A stretch of 64,000 nt of DNA from Neoechinorhynchus agilis (taxonomy: Eukaryota > Animalia > Acanthocephala). Below are positions 36,817-50,303 of the stretch, piece by piece. Location: the NCBI GenBank assembly GCA_051530055.1, contig CM121341.1:6364784-6428783 (forward strand). Direction: 5' to 3'. How positions within the stretch are numbered: the stretch's first letter is position 1; every line of letters starts with the position of its first letter. The translations under genes and the position numbers were made by a program. The notes under the pieces are model-generated. The model saw only the letters and a list, made by a program, of their open reading frames with translations, made no database searches and was not told where the DNA came from.

Positions 36817-37401
36817 ATGGGTAATATAAAGGAGTCGAATAAAGGCCGTCGATCTTCGACTTTTCGTTCGGAAACTAGATCTTTATTGGGCAATAGACGT
36901 ACGATTCACGAATCTATTCGTTCGAATACAATACCGGTCGAAAACCGAGTTGATTTCATCACGAAGATGCTCGATGAAATGAATGTTTCAGAGGAGCAGA
37001 ATATTGTTACGAAATTATCAGACGGGCAAATCGATACCGACAAAAATGATGGCATTTCAGATCCAATGCAGTCCGATTATACGCATAAAAAGCCAATAAA
37101 ACCACGAAATAATAAGTCCATTTCGCATTTAAGACACGGTGAAAGCAATGCTGACGATTTCGTTTCGAATCAATTCTCTAATTTGAAATGCGATTCAAAT
37201 GAACATGGTGATCCGTTCAATGATAAGCAATTCGTGGAAAATTACTTAACGTTATTGGCGAATTTACACGTGAAAGATTTCAGTGTAGAAATGCTTAAAA
37301 GACAATTTTGTCACATGTGTGGCAAAAGGTACAGAGCTCAAGATAGGACCGAGATTAATTTTTGTCCATTTTGTGGAGTATTCGTCAATTATAGTGTTTA
37401 G
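36817..37401 (+). CDS. Hypothetical protein with a C-terminal zinc ribbon
   Basis: 194-aa ORF ending in FCHMCG...NFCPFCG (CxxC...CPxC). Confidence 0.65.
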   Translation: MGNIKESNKGRRSSTFRSETRSLLGNRRTIHESIRSNTIPVENRVDFITKMLDEMNVSEEQNIVTKLSDGQIDTDKNDGISDPMQSDYTHKKPIKPRNNKSISHLRHGESNADDFVSNQFSNLKCDSNEHGDPFNDKQFVENYLTLLANLHVKDFSVEMLKRQFCHMCGKRYRAQDRTEINFCPFCGVFVNYSV

Positions 37402-37791
37402 AAATTAAAACCAATCGCTCTTCCTATGCACCAACCTGAATCTTGATCTAAAAAAAATTCAAAAGAGAAAATAATTCGCGATGCAAGAGTCGGAAAAATG
37501 GAAAACATTTTACTTGGTGATCCCGCCTTACCGAACCGGTACATTGGTCCTCCTAACCTTTTCAAAACCTTCCTAACCCGATTGGATATCTCAGAGTCCG
37601 ACCGGACCTGTTATAGACTCCAAAATCAACTGCCACATTCATTTAAAAAAGGCTTTAATAAAACGTATTATAATTATAACCAAAATCTTTCTAGATGACT
37701 TTTATCCACCTGCTAACGTTAGCATTTTTGTTTTTCCTCCAAAATCTATCTAAAGCGAAAGCACCGCTCACAAATGTTAGATTGTTTGAGC

Positions 37792-38111
37792 GTACAGAAA
37801 TTGGAATGATGATTTCGGTTTTAAAATCTCCGATTGGTTTCGGAGGCACACAATCTTGCACGCCTTCGTTTGATCAAGGTTTTTAAAGTATTGAAAATAA
37901 AAGAGAACGTTATGTACCTTTTTGTCGCAATGAAAGTTTTCCTAAGTGAAAAAATCCACAAACTTTCATTGCGATAAAAAAGGTACAACATAACTTTCTC
38001 TTTTATTTTCAATACTTTAAAAACCTTGATCAAATGAATGCGTTCAAGATTGCATGCCTCCGAAACCAATAGGAGATTTTTAAACCAAAAGCATCATTCC
38101 AATTTCTGTAC
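37792..38111. repeat. Foldback inverted repeat, ~150-bp imperfect arms with a ~20-nt loop
   Basis: gtacagaaattggaatgatg...gtcgcaatgaaagttt pairs with aaactttcattgcgat...catcattccaatttctgtac. Confidence 0.9.
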
Positions 38112-38211
38112 ACCAGAAAATAAACCAAATGTTAGATTGCTGGTCTGTGATCGTTGAAATGAATAGCTAATCAGCGTAACTTAATCCAAAAACTTTTAAT
38201 TGTTTTAGATA

Positions 38212-39080
38212 ATGCCAAAGAAGAAGAGTGCAGCGCCTGTACAAGTGCAGGTAGAATCTTCTTTATTTAATACTGCGATAATGCGCAAATCCATGACTTC
38301 CGAAAAACTAAAGGAATATTGCAATTTCGAGGAATCTGCTTCTCTCACTCTTAAGGGGTCCATTGAGTTCGAACTGTACAGTGGCGATGAGACACATTCA
38401 TTTCTTTGTCTCATTGCTAATAACCACGAATTTCGGACTCTACTAAAAACTGGTTGGTCGATTACTTGCAATGAAAAAAAGCCCAAATCAATTTTACTCC
38501 TAAATAATCTGACGACTTTGTCATGGAAAATGCGAGTCCGTGCTCAAATTGAACTCGAGTGCTCTAGCATAGAAGAAATTACATGCCAGCGAGATCTGGA
38601 TGATTTTATTTAAAGGTGTTCGAACTTTACCGAATATTAAATCTTCGTGAAAGCATAAAGTCGAATGCCTTCTCATATAAAGTAAGCAAATCCCTGAAGT
38701 TCGGTCGGAAAAGTAAATGGCGAAAGCTGCAAAGGGAGCAGAGCAGCGATTGTACCTCCCTGAAGAATGTATTGTCACTTGAATCTAGAAAATATGTAGA
38801 TGTTTATGAATCGGATGCCAAAGAACAGATCTTGCTACAGTTCTTGACAGAACTTCCGGACGTTGGTCCAGTTGCTGCGAGGGCAATTTTGGCAAAGTAC
38901 CCTACAATCAATCGTCTATTGAAAGCGTTTGAGGATTCCGATAAACCGACCATGTTGCTAACTGACATAACGATGAACACAGAGTGCGGAATATTAGGAT
39001 CAGGACTAAGAATCAGGAAGGAATTGTCTGAGAAAATCCATTGCTATCTAACAAGCAATAATCCAGATGAAATTGCATGA
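38212..39080 (+). CDS. EME1: EME1/Mms4-like crossover-junction endonuclease subunit; junction at ~38600-38616 unresolved (intron or 1-nt indel)
   Basis: The C-terminal HhH region QFLTELPDVGPVAARAILAKYPTINRLLKAF...LLTDI...RIRKELSEKIHCYLTSNNP resembles the EME1 C-terminus. Confidence 0.7.
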
Positions 39081-39356
39081 TTAGTCAATAGTAAAATGCT
39101 TTTGAGTTGCTTTTGAAAGGAGCACGTTAAAACAATAAAAACTACTGGCTCGGTTGGAGCATTAGATTTTTAGCGATTCGATAAAAGCTTTTTAGATTGG
39201 CATTTTAGTATACGAAACCGGCACGAAACAACAAAAATAAGGCATTGTCTCAACAATGAAGCAATTTTATTGGGAAGTATCATCTCTTCACAAAAACCAG
39301 TGGGTTGTCAATGTAACAATCACGCATTTACCATTCTCATGACTGTCAACTATTCA

Positions 39357-41622
39357 TTGGATCACCGCTGAACTTACAAAAACTTATCGATCTACAACCA
39401 ATGACCGCCCAGCAAACAATAATATTTAAAATTCACGTGCCATTGAGAAGAAAAGCGATGATTGCAACCGTCAAACGTTTTCACTTGTTTCATTCCGCCA
39501 TAATTTCTTTGAAGCCGCTAACAGTTCTATTGATTTGTACAAAAATAGCCGGACGTTCATTATCTTTTAGTTGAACGTTTAATTTTGCTTGGAAAATAAT
39601 ATAAACAATTATGCTGAGAATAAATGTTGTTGAAACATTTAAATCTTTCCGGCATCTTTACACATCGACACTTTTGCGAACCGTTTTAATAGCTTCGTCG
39701 CTTAAAATGTCTTAAAATTTGGATTGACTCATTATGAGATCCAAAATTTGTCTCGCTTTCCTATTCACATTCCTAATAAAATTAACCAAAGAATTGATGG
39801 CGCTTTTGAAATTTGCGCAGTCGTCTTATAGGTTATAGACTTATTGCATTATAGGACCCTAAAGTCATTGAATATCCCTCACATTTTTGCTTTACACTCT
39901 TGCAAATTTGGCTCGAGAACTCTATGAAAATTCCATCGATAAAAGGCGGCTCATAAAAGCACAAATCCACTGAAACAAAATCTATTTAAGGACCACGTCG
40001 AAGAACAATGTAATCGATCAGAGACCGCAGGCATAGCTGCCATTTAGCCTTGGGACTATTTTGACAACAATACACTCTAGAGGCAAAGAAAGACTGAATT
40101 TCAAAAAGGCTTACAATCTCAACGCTTAAATATCAATTTTTTTAACGCTGCCAAATACCTTTTAAATATTTATACGCACCATCAGCTTGTTTTTTTCTTG
40201 CAAAGTGGCACTCGAGGCTGCTGTTTTTAGTGACAGAAAATCCAACTGCCTACACCATTAAACTTTTGTAGTCCGAAAAGACTTTTAACTAATTAATCAC
40301 GGCATTGCTTAAAGACCTTCACCGATTCCACAATGCACGAAAACAATACGGAAAAAGTCATGATTATATTGGCAGATGCAGGAATATGGCTACGGATTAT
40401 TATAGATCCAATTCTCATTTTGATTGGATGGACTGGAAATATTCTCCTTTTCCTGACAATGCGATCGTCTTTGTATTGCCGGACAAACTTCTCGGTGTAC
40501 AGCAGAGCGATTGCAGCGATCGATAATCTCGTGATTTGTGGATCATTTTTAATGTGGTTAGAAGCCGCTCGATTGATCGATATGAATGATTCCACAAAGT
40601 GCTCCGTTCCACTTGGTATCATTTTCAGTAGCTCGATGCAATCGAATTGGATCCTTTTGGCCGCCAATGTCGATGTGCTCATCACCATTATGAAACCGGA
40701 GATTTCGCGTAGATTTCTTACTAAAACAATGGCGAAAATAATGGTTTCACTCATCATTCTGTCTATAATCGCAGTCATAATCCAATGGCCATTCATCTCA
40801 CATTAACGTATGGATCTGCAAATAGGTGACAATTTAGCAAATCCATACTTTATAGCGATAGCGAAATCGACAACAGCTTTTTAACTTGCATTCGAAGCGA
40901 ATGGATAACAAGTTGGAAACGATTTCTTATTCCAGTTGTGTACAATGGCATTTTTATTGGCTTGCCATTGATGGCGATTCTCGTCTGTATTCTTTATTTG
41001 CACGACAAAATCATATTGGCCAAGGGAAAAGTAGAACGCGAAATGATTGGAAATACAAAACAATCAGCCATGAATATTTTTACGATTTCCGCCTTTCAAT
41101 TAGCAGTCATTGCTCCTTTCTCAATTCTACAAGCAATACCACCGGCCATAATCTGTAGCAACCGAAAATGCATTGCTCGGTCACTTTGGAATTTCCTCAA
41201 CAAAATTACTTATCATTTAGCATTGACAGCTCATTGCTTCAAGTTTTACATTTTATATGGCCGAGAAAATAAAATCAGAATGAACATCAAGTACATTATT
41301 ATGGCTAAAAAACGGATACCTGGCGATTCTCAAATATAAGCGAAATCGTTCATCTTTTTAAAGAAAGATTGAATAATTAAGAAAATATTGACTTGTATGT
41401 TGTTATCAAACACGATTTTGCCTAAGCTTACAATGACCAAATAAAACGATCGATATCGAGCCTACAATTATCGCTCAAATTTAGATGAGAATTTCTTTGA
41501 GAGACTTTATGAGTAAAAGCATGAAACTATTAAGCGAGATGTACCGTCACCGTATCGCTATTTTGTTCCGATTCCTTTTAAATTCGAAATTATACGAGAA
41601 ATCTTTGCCAATCAGTTTCGGG
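39357..41622 (+). repeat. Left arm of a 2266-bp inverted segmental duplication
   Basis: Reverse complement of 46443-48708. All mirrored ORF coordinates sum to 88065 and their translations are identical. Confidence 0.97.
40333..41339 (+). CDS. Divergent rhodopsin-class GPCR (peptide-receptor-like); probable 48-nt intron 40808-40855 plus a 1-nt frameshift near 40795, so possibly a pseudogene
   Basis: TM1 IDPILILIGWTGNILLFLTM, TM3 preceded by Cys and seven hydrophobic segments across the two ORFs. Confidence 0.75.
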
Positions 41623-42164
41623 ATTTAAGTAAAATAATTTTTTATAAATTCATGTCGTTCTAATTTCGATAATTAAATGGGTCGCATTTTCTCACGTCTG
41701 AATTAACATTTTTAAATCTCGATCGCGTGCATCTTATCTTTGTTTACTGTGCTTAAAATTTATAAAGTCATTCGTTCAACATTTCGAAAGATAATGTCGA
41801 TTGTTTGGAAGGCTGATTTACGTTTTATCAGTTATATTGTGAATTGGGTTAATGATTTGTACCAAAAATCCGAATCAAAGAAATTCATTTCTAATGTGTT
41901 TTGAACGATAAAACTATTTAGGAAATTACGGACTGTTCGCTGTTGGTTTTCAAGTTTTGGTTTTAGACTGTCAAATAGGAGTTTAAAAGAGTGTGACTGA
42001 TTTGATTCAGTTTTTTTTATTGGATGTGTTAAGAGGATTTTTGATTCGGTTGGTAAGATCCAGTGTTATTTTTCGGTTCGACCTCAAACTAACACCGGAT
42101 TTTTAAGGGTTGTTGTTGTTGGCTTCACCACTCTCACTAATCACGATCATTCGTTTTTACAAGA

Positions 42165-43321
42165 CTAACAAGAGTTTCTCTTTGTTTGTGTATTAAGTGT
42201 ATTTTCATTTTTAGCTGGTGAAACCATTGTTTGTTTATAGTTTGTCTTGTTGTTGTTGCTGCTGGAGGAGCAGTTGAGTGCATTTCGGTAAACGCTGGAT
42301 CCAACATAGTAAGGAATGCAAGAAACTGCATGTACGCTTGTATTGAAGGTTGCTAGCATCATGAGTAGTAGTTTTCGATAGGGTTTATCCCGGAGGAACA
42401 TGCGATCTCCGATAGCATGGACAATTCCTGCTGGAACTGACATGACGACGAACATGGCATTGAGAAGCAAAACGACGTAGCTGAGCGTATGGAGCCGTGA
42501 TCGTTGCCTGGAAGCCATCTTGCTCCATCCCGTTCGTTTTATGGAGATCAGGAGAAGTACGTTGAAGATTGTCATTATGATTGATGGTAAGAAACAATAG
42601 AGGACAGTGTGAGTTACTTCCCATAGAACACTGGTTCTTGAACGAAACGCTACACTCAAGAACAAGTGTCGATTGGGCTAAAGTACGAATAATGACCTTT
42701 TCTAGCATAGCATCTAAGTTTCTTTTTTGATATATGTGCCTTCCAAGCTTGCACTGATTGATTATCGTAGTTTCCAAGACCGAGTTCGCCCTTGGCGATC
42801 TGATCGATTGTAAATGCAGACGACTCGTTCAATGCGATTTCGCTTGTAAGTCGGTAACCGTTGAATATGGGCACGTGAACATTGATGAGTAATACGGCTA
42901 CAATTAGTAAAATACATATAGTTATCGCTTTCTTTACCGTTGGAGTATAGACAAATCTTCGTTTATAGAGAAAAATCTGCATATATCGTTCAATTGCGAG
43001 ATAACATCGAAGCCATGCAGCGAGTTCATATGAACTAAATGCCAAATACGAGATTGTTTTGCAGTGTACGAGGCTCAGTTCTTCTAAATTATGGCTGCTT
43101 TGTCGTCTGATAAGTTCTCGATATATGTAGTTTAGGTTCCAAGTATAGAGCAGAATCGTTTCTGGCACACATATGAAGGCCATTATGACTACTGTGCTGT
43201 TCATGGGCACAAATCGCTTCGTGAAAACGTACAACGAAAAAAGATTGCCGACTGTGCCGAAGATGAGAAGTAGTAAACTGTACAGTCCTAGGATGAATTG
43301 TCCGATTTGATAGGCATTCAT
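42165..43321 (-). CDS. Rhodopsin-class GPCR (FMRFamide/peptide-receptor-like); 1-nt frameshift at ~42660
   Basis: FGTVGNLFSLYVF, HCKTISYL...LAIERY, LYCFLPSIIMTIFN and FVVMSVP. ATG at 43321. Confidence 0.85.
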
Positions 43322-46300
43322 TGAACCCTGAAATGCAATGGAGATTTTTTTTGAAGAAAAAAAAAACACGCTTGAGTCCGTTGAACAGTCTCAAAATGGT
43401 CGTTTTTTCACGGTCAATTAAAGAAACCTGACCGAGGTGTGGCAAAATTATGCAATTGTGGCCGACTCCGCTGATCAAGTTCAACAAAGTTCGATTTTTC
43501 CATACACCAGGACGACAGCTGAGTGATCCAGAGCAGTGGTGTGAATGATTTCATGACATTTTTAATAAGTATCAAATGATATTGAAACAAACAAAAAAGA
43601 TGGAGTGTTAGTGGTTGGCTGACGGATAAGAGTAGTGGATATTAAAAATTGGAATGCATTTTAGCGGTTCTTGTAAGTCACCAACCTGTCCCTCCCAAGA
43701 GTAATACAGTTTAACGCGATTTCGCCTATATCAATGAATGATAAGGAGAATGTGCTTTAAGTATGTACATCTTATTCCTTAGGGTTTTTTGTGGGTGAAA
43801 TGACAGACGTGGCTTAGTACTAAGAATATTCAGAGTGCGATTAGATGAACCGAGAGAGAGAGATTGTCTCCGGATCACATTTTCCCTAATGTTAGTAGAG
43901 CCAAAACATCACCAAAGGTATCTCTTCGTCGGCGTCTTGAGTGTGTGTTTATCATGAGCAGAATCATAGTCGCAGCAATGATCATCGATAGCGCCCAAAA
44001 CAACTTTTTTTTGGAGGACATAGATCCGGGGTGTATGTGATTGGGAACGCATAGAGAAATAGATGAGAAACCGCTGGAGGCCAAACTGTCATCTTGCAAA
44101 CAATCTAATGGGATGATTGAATTTTCCGTAAACGCAAAACCGTTTTGATTGTGAGAGTGGGCGAAAACTAGTCGAGAAAGTTAAACCGAAGCAGCGTGAG
44201 CCTATAAAAACATGGGGAGCAGTTGTGGACTTTTCGAAACCAAATATCCCAACTTATCGTGACCCTCAATGCTCTTCTTCTTCTAATAAACGATCCACTC
44301 ACATACAAATTACAAGAGTATCAGTGAGAAAAAACGATTAAATTCGATTATGATAGTCAGGAGAAGACTTGCGTTTTCTATGATAGCCTTAATCAAACTA
44401 TATAAATATAATCGTTTCCGACGATCCTCGGGCTATAAGCTAAATAAGTGCTGCATAAGAACGGTGTGCATTTGCAGTGAGTGGTACTTTAGGACATTAG
44501 AGTTAGTCCGATATGGGAAAAGGGTTCCAATGAAAGCAATCGCATTTTCTTAAACTTTGTGATCTCTCATAATTTTCAAAAAGAGCAATTAATGAAGTTT
44601 TCGCCTGTATATTTTGATCTTAACGAACTCACAATTTTCCAAGACGATCTATCGCTGTTAACCTTTTCTAAACAATCGCATTGAACATCGAGTGATCGAG
44701 ACAAACAGAGACCTATGAAATAAAGTTTTCGTCTCGAATTTATCGCCTCTTGCTCTTATTATTCTGTAAAAGAAATTTGGCGACAAGAATCTAAGCCTTC
44801 CAAGGAAACAATAATGCTAAAAGGGTCGCATTAGCTTAAACTACACTATACCCTCAATTATTTCTCTGAAGCTCGTCCAACCGAGGAAAGATTTTACACA
44901 ACCTTGCATCCTAATCCATAAAAATAAATACTCATGCTAGTTCGATTATCTTCTAGACACTTAAAAAAACTTGACTAATTAGAGTCTTTGAAATGGGAGA
45001 ATAGGTTAGTAACGATTTCAATCAATTTCGTGGTTGACTAATAGTCTTTCTTCAAACGACATAAGGCGTAATTTTGCGTTCCTAGGAAGTCCGATAAAGT
45101 AAATTTCGACGTAGAATACATAGCTTAATATATCGTACCTTATTCTAAATTTGACTACTAACGTAAAAGCAAAAAAGATAGTATGCGGATGTCAAGTGGT
45201 GACAGATAGTTGTCATTTATCGCTTTTACTGCTACTCCGCTGTGGATACGTTTTTGACTTAATAAGCAGATAAATCCCGATATTTTTGGGTTGATTATTG
45301 TGCTCCTAAAAGAATAAACGATATACCAAACAGAAATGTGCCGCCGGTTACCATGAGCTGCAATCACTTGGTACTGCTTTTCAAGTATAAATCAACCTCC
45401 TAGAACGAATACAAAAAGTCAGCCTTTTTTAAGATTATCAACTACTCCGCTCTATCCGAAAAGAACGAAATAAGACTGAAAAGGATAGAATTATATCGTC
45501 AAACTAAAAACCCTTAATCATTGCCATGATGATGGCCGTCGTTAGATCGATTCTTGTTTGCTTTTGGTAGCACTTAACAGTTCCAACAAAATGAAATCCA
45601 CTAATGCAACACTTATAAGTTCCTGATCCTTCTCAGTTTCAATGGATTCCGCAGTGTCACCGGTGCAAAGTTAATGAATTCCCGGATAATGACTAAAAGC
45701 TGTTTGAAAATAAATGAGCGAACAAAAAACCACCGATTACGAAAAATTAATGCGGCTTTAGGTAGCGAAAACTGTTTTGAACGTTACATGATTTTATAGA
45801 ATTTACAAAAAATAACATTTCTATTAGCCTAGGTTTGGTTTTGTCGAAAATGGACACTTGGCATAGGGCCATTGTAATTTTAAAATAAAAATCTTTATTT
45901 CCGAGATCTTTTGCCGTCTCACGGCTTATGCTCAGCAATTTACAGAGGTTCATGGAAATATGAAGTGTGTGTGCCCCGATTATTGAGCAGTTCCGAGGTT
46001 TTGCCGATCTGTTGTCCAGAACTAAAAAAGAAAATTTGCCATTGCCGAGGCCCCAAAAATCCCGATCGGTTTGAAGGGGAAGGCATTTCTGGACATCAGC
46101 TAGAGAAAGCCACAGAACTACTTAGAGGGCTATGTGAACTTTCAACATTTTGATTTAATACACTTCACATTTTCACTATGTAAATTTCTGAGGAAGCCGT
46201 AAGATAGCGAACGCACTCGGAAATAAAGATTTTATTTTTATTAATACAACAGCCTTCTCCCAAGTGTAAATTAGTCACCATTAACACCCTCTCGAACTCA

Positions 46301-46442
46301 TTCTGATCTTACAAATACTTTCCAAAGTATAAAGCAAGTTGAAAACCGCGGCTCTGTACCAAACTTTTCGGAAATACAATAAAGATGTCTAAATGACATT
46401 GATACTAAGGATCCAAACCAGTACCTTTCTTATAAATAAAAA

Positions 46443-48708
46443 CCCGAAACTGATTGGCAAAGATTTCTCGTATAATTTCGAATTTAAAAGGAATCGGAAC
46501 AAAATAGCGATACGGTGACGGTACATCTCGCTTAATAGTTTCATGCTTTTACTCATAAAGTCTCTCAAAGAAATTCTCATCTAAATTTGAGCGATAATTG
46601 TAGGCTCGATATCGATCGTTTTATTTGGTCATTGTAAGCTTAGGCAAAATCGTGTTTGATAACAACATACAAGTCAATATTTTCTTAATTATTCAATCTT
46701 TCTTTAAAAAGATGAACGATTTCGCTTATATTTGAGAATCGCCAGGTATCCGTTTTTTAGCCATAATAATGTACTTGATGTTCATTCTGATTTTATTTTC
46801 TCGGCCATATAAAATGTAAAACTTGAAGCAATGAGCTGTCAATGCTAAATGATAAGTAATTTTGTTGAGGAAATTCCAAAGTGACCGAGCAATGCATTTT
46901 CGGTTGCTACAGATTATGGCCGGTGGTATTGCTTGTAGAATTGAGAAAGGAGCAATGACTGCTAATTGAAAGGCGGAAATCGTAAAAATATTCATGGCTG
47001 ATTGTTTTGTATTTCCAATCATTTCGCGTTCTACTTTTCCCTTGGCCAATATGATTTTGTCGTGCAAATAAAGAATACAGACGAGAATCGCCATCAATGG
47101 CAAGCCAATAAAAATGCCATTGTACACAACTGGAATAAGAAATCGTTTCCAACTTGTTATCCATTCGCTTCGAATGCAAGTTAAAAAGCTGTTGTCGATT
47201 TCGCTATCGCTATAAAGTATGGATTTGCTAAATTGTCACCTATTTGCAGATCCATACGTTAATGTGAGATGAATGGCCATTGGATTATGACTGCGATTAT
47301 AGACAGAATGATGAGTGAAACCATTATTTTCGCCATTGTTTTAGTAAGAAATCTACGCGAAATCTCCGGTTTCATAATGGTGATGAGCACATCGACATTG
47401 GCGGCCAAAAGGATCCAATTCGACTGCATCGAGCTACTGAAAATGATACCAAGTGGAACGGAGCACTTTGTGGAATCATTCATATCGATCAATCGAGCGG
47501 CTTCTAACCACATTAAAAATGATCCACAAATCACGAGATTATCGATCGCTGCAATCGCTCTGCTGTACACCGAGAAGTTTGTCCGGCAATACAAAGACGA
47601 TCGCATTGTCAGGAAAAGGAGAATATTTCCAGTCCATCCAATCAAAATGAGAATTGGATCTATAATAATCCGTAGCCATATTCCTGCATCTGCCAATATA
47701 ATCATGACTTTTTCCGTATTGTTTTCGTGCATTGTGGAATCGGTGAAGGTCTTTAAGCAATGCCGTGATTAATTAGTTAAAAGTCTTTTCGGACTACAAA
47801 AGTTTAATGGTGTAGGCAGTTGGATTTTCTGTCACTAAAAACAGCAGCCTCGAGTGCCACTTTGCAAGAAAAAAACAAGCTGATGGTGCGTATAAATATT
47901 TAAAAGGTATTTGGCAGCGTTAAAAAAATTGATATTTAAGCGTTGAGATTGTAAGCCTTTTTGAAATTCAGTCTTTCTTTGCCTCTAGAGTGTATTGTTG
48001 TCAAAATAGTCCCAAGGCTAAATGGCAGCTATGCCTGCGGTCTCTGATCGATTACATTGTTCTTCGACGTGGTCCTTAAATAGATTTTGTTTCAGTGGAT
48101 TTGTGCTTTTATGAGCCGCCTTTTATCGATGGAATTTTCATAGAGTTCTCGAGCCAAATTTGCAAGAGTGTAAAGCAAAAATGTGAGGGATATTCAATGA
48201 CTTTAGGGTCCTATAATGCAATAAGTCTATAACCTATAAGACGACTGCGCAAATTTCAAAAGCGCCATCAATTCTTTGGTTAATTTTATTAGGAATGTGA
48301 ATAGGAAAGCGAGACAAATTTTGGATCTCATAATGAGTCAATCCAAATTTTAAGACATTTTAAGCGACGAAGCTATTAAAACGGTTCGCAAAAGTGTCGA
48401 TGTGTAAAGATGCCGGAAAGATTTAAATGTTTCAACAACATTTATTCTCAGCATAATTGTTTATATTATTTTCCAAGCAAAATTAAACGTTCAACTAAAA
48501 GATAATGAACGTCCGGCTATTTTTGTACAAATCAATAGAACTGTTAGCGGCTTCAAAGAAATTATGGCGGAATGAAACAAGTGAAAACGTTTGACGGTTG
48601 CAATCATCGCTTTTCTTCTCAATGGCACGTGAATTTTAAATATTATTGTTTGCTGGGCGGTCATTGGTTGTAGATCGATAAGTTTTTGTAAGTTCAGCGG
48701 TGATCCAA
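46443..48708 (-). repeat. Right arm of the 2266-bp inverted duplication
   Basis: Mirror of 39357-41622. Confidence 0.97.
46726..47732 (-). CDS. Second, identical copy of the divergent GPCR with the same lesion
   Basis: ORFs 47259-47732 and 46726-47127 are identical to 40333-40806 and 40938-41339. Confidence 0.75.
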
Positions 48709-50303
48709 AGGGGAGAAAAAGTGTCGTTGGATTATTTAGCTATGTTGCACAGTCGTCGTTATACGCTAGATTCTTAAAAAAATTAAATATTTAAATCTGA
48801 TGGCGTCTTCTTGAAAGATTCGGCATTTTAACGTAACCATTAAAGTATAAACCAAACAAACAATTGATATTTTGTGTAAGAATCAGACTTGGTTCTAGAA
48901 GATTACGAGAACAGGTTTTTCAATATTGCTAAACCTGCAGTCGTATCTTTTTAAAAACATTAAAAATTTAAAACGATGATCACCTTTTTTTCGCTGAACT
49001 GCACTTGATGAAAAACGGTCTGTTACGATTATCGAACAGGATGCGAGCTGATTGAAGCAATCTTTTAAATACTCGTCAGTCTTGTTTCGCGAAAGCGGAG
49101 CATTTCTTTTATTCTACTAAAAAATTGGAAAGCGGTTTTTTATATTGAATTCAGTGCTCAATCTAGAAATTTATTTCCTATTACAGCGATAAATGTGCAA
49201 GATATCGAGCTTTATTTGTCGATAGCAAGCGTAATTTTTTGACTTGTCGGTGTATAATCTAAATGCTTATCTTGTTCATTATTGCGATTGAACTGATTTG
49301 CGTAAGGTCCTTGTAGTGAAGTTGTTTAGAATTTGAGACCATAAAATGAATGGATAATGTAGTCTTCATCAAGCCGCAAATTGCCAGTATTTGCATGTTC
49401 ATTTGTATTTTTACTGTATTTGCCGTGTAAGTTTCAAATCCTTTAAAAGTTTGACTCGTTTGTTCACTGTCTACGAAAATCCGACTATTGATGATTTTCG
49501 TATGAATCGGTCAGGATTTATGGTTGTTTTTGTTCTCGTACGAATCACGATTCCATGTAAAGATTTTCAGTTGAACATGCAAGTGGAAATCGATTACGAT
49601 ATTTTACTAAGAAGATCTTTAAGTTTTAAAAATTGCCACAAGTTTTAAAAAAAAGGGTTCTCACCAGGCGAATTTTAGAGCGTAAGCTTCATTGATAATT
49701 TCGGATGTTCGATATCTATAAACCAAAACTCCAAATCTTCGCATTCTCGTAGTAAAATTCTATTCTCAAAAACCGCCTATAGTGAAGTGATCAAACAATT
49801 TATCCATGTAGATCTTTACTAAATTTGACTTGCGGAAGGCATATAACAGGATTTTAGATTCCGTTTGAACTCAATTTTGGAAGGAATTATCATGCAAAAG
49901 CCTGACTTTTAAGATCACATTTTCCACCAGAATTCAAACGGTTTGCGGCTGAGCGACACTGTTAAAAAATTTCCGCATTACGGCTTAGATGGCAAAATGA
50001 ATCACTGTTTCATAAAAAACAAAAAAGTTGTTGCTGCACTTCTTTTCATCGTAAAAGATTGAGAACAACTAATTGTGACTTTGTGTGAGTTGTAGACACT
50101 CAATGTTTTTTTTGTTAACCACGTTAGTCAAATGAGTAACGCTCTGTAGTTTCTCTCTCAAATAGCAATGATATATGCTGAGAGGGTATCGAAATTCGTC
50201 AAAAAACCCAACTTTATTTCATGCATATTTTAAAAAGAAATATTGGACTATGTTTGATTGGGCAAATTTAACATTCTATAAGCGACTGACGGATGTTTAA
50301 TCT

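Noticed and set aside
341-40806. TAA reassigned to a sense codon, or Euplotes-like frameshifting at T-TAA
   Set aside because: Long genes (NOP58, RRM) have no internal TAA and several genes terminate at TAA. The required shifts differ between sites.
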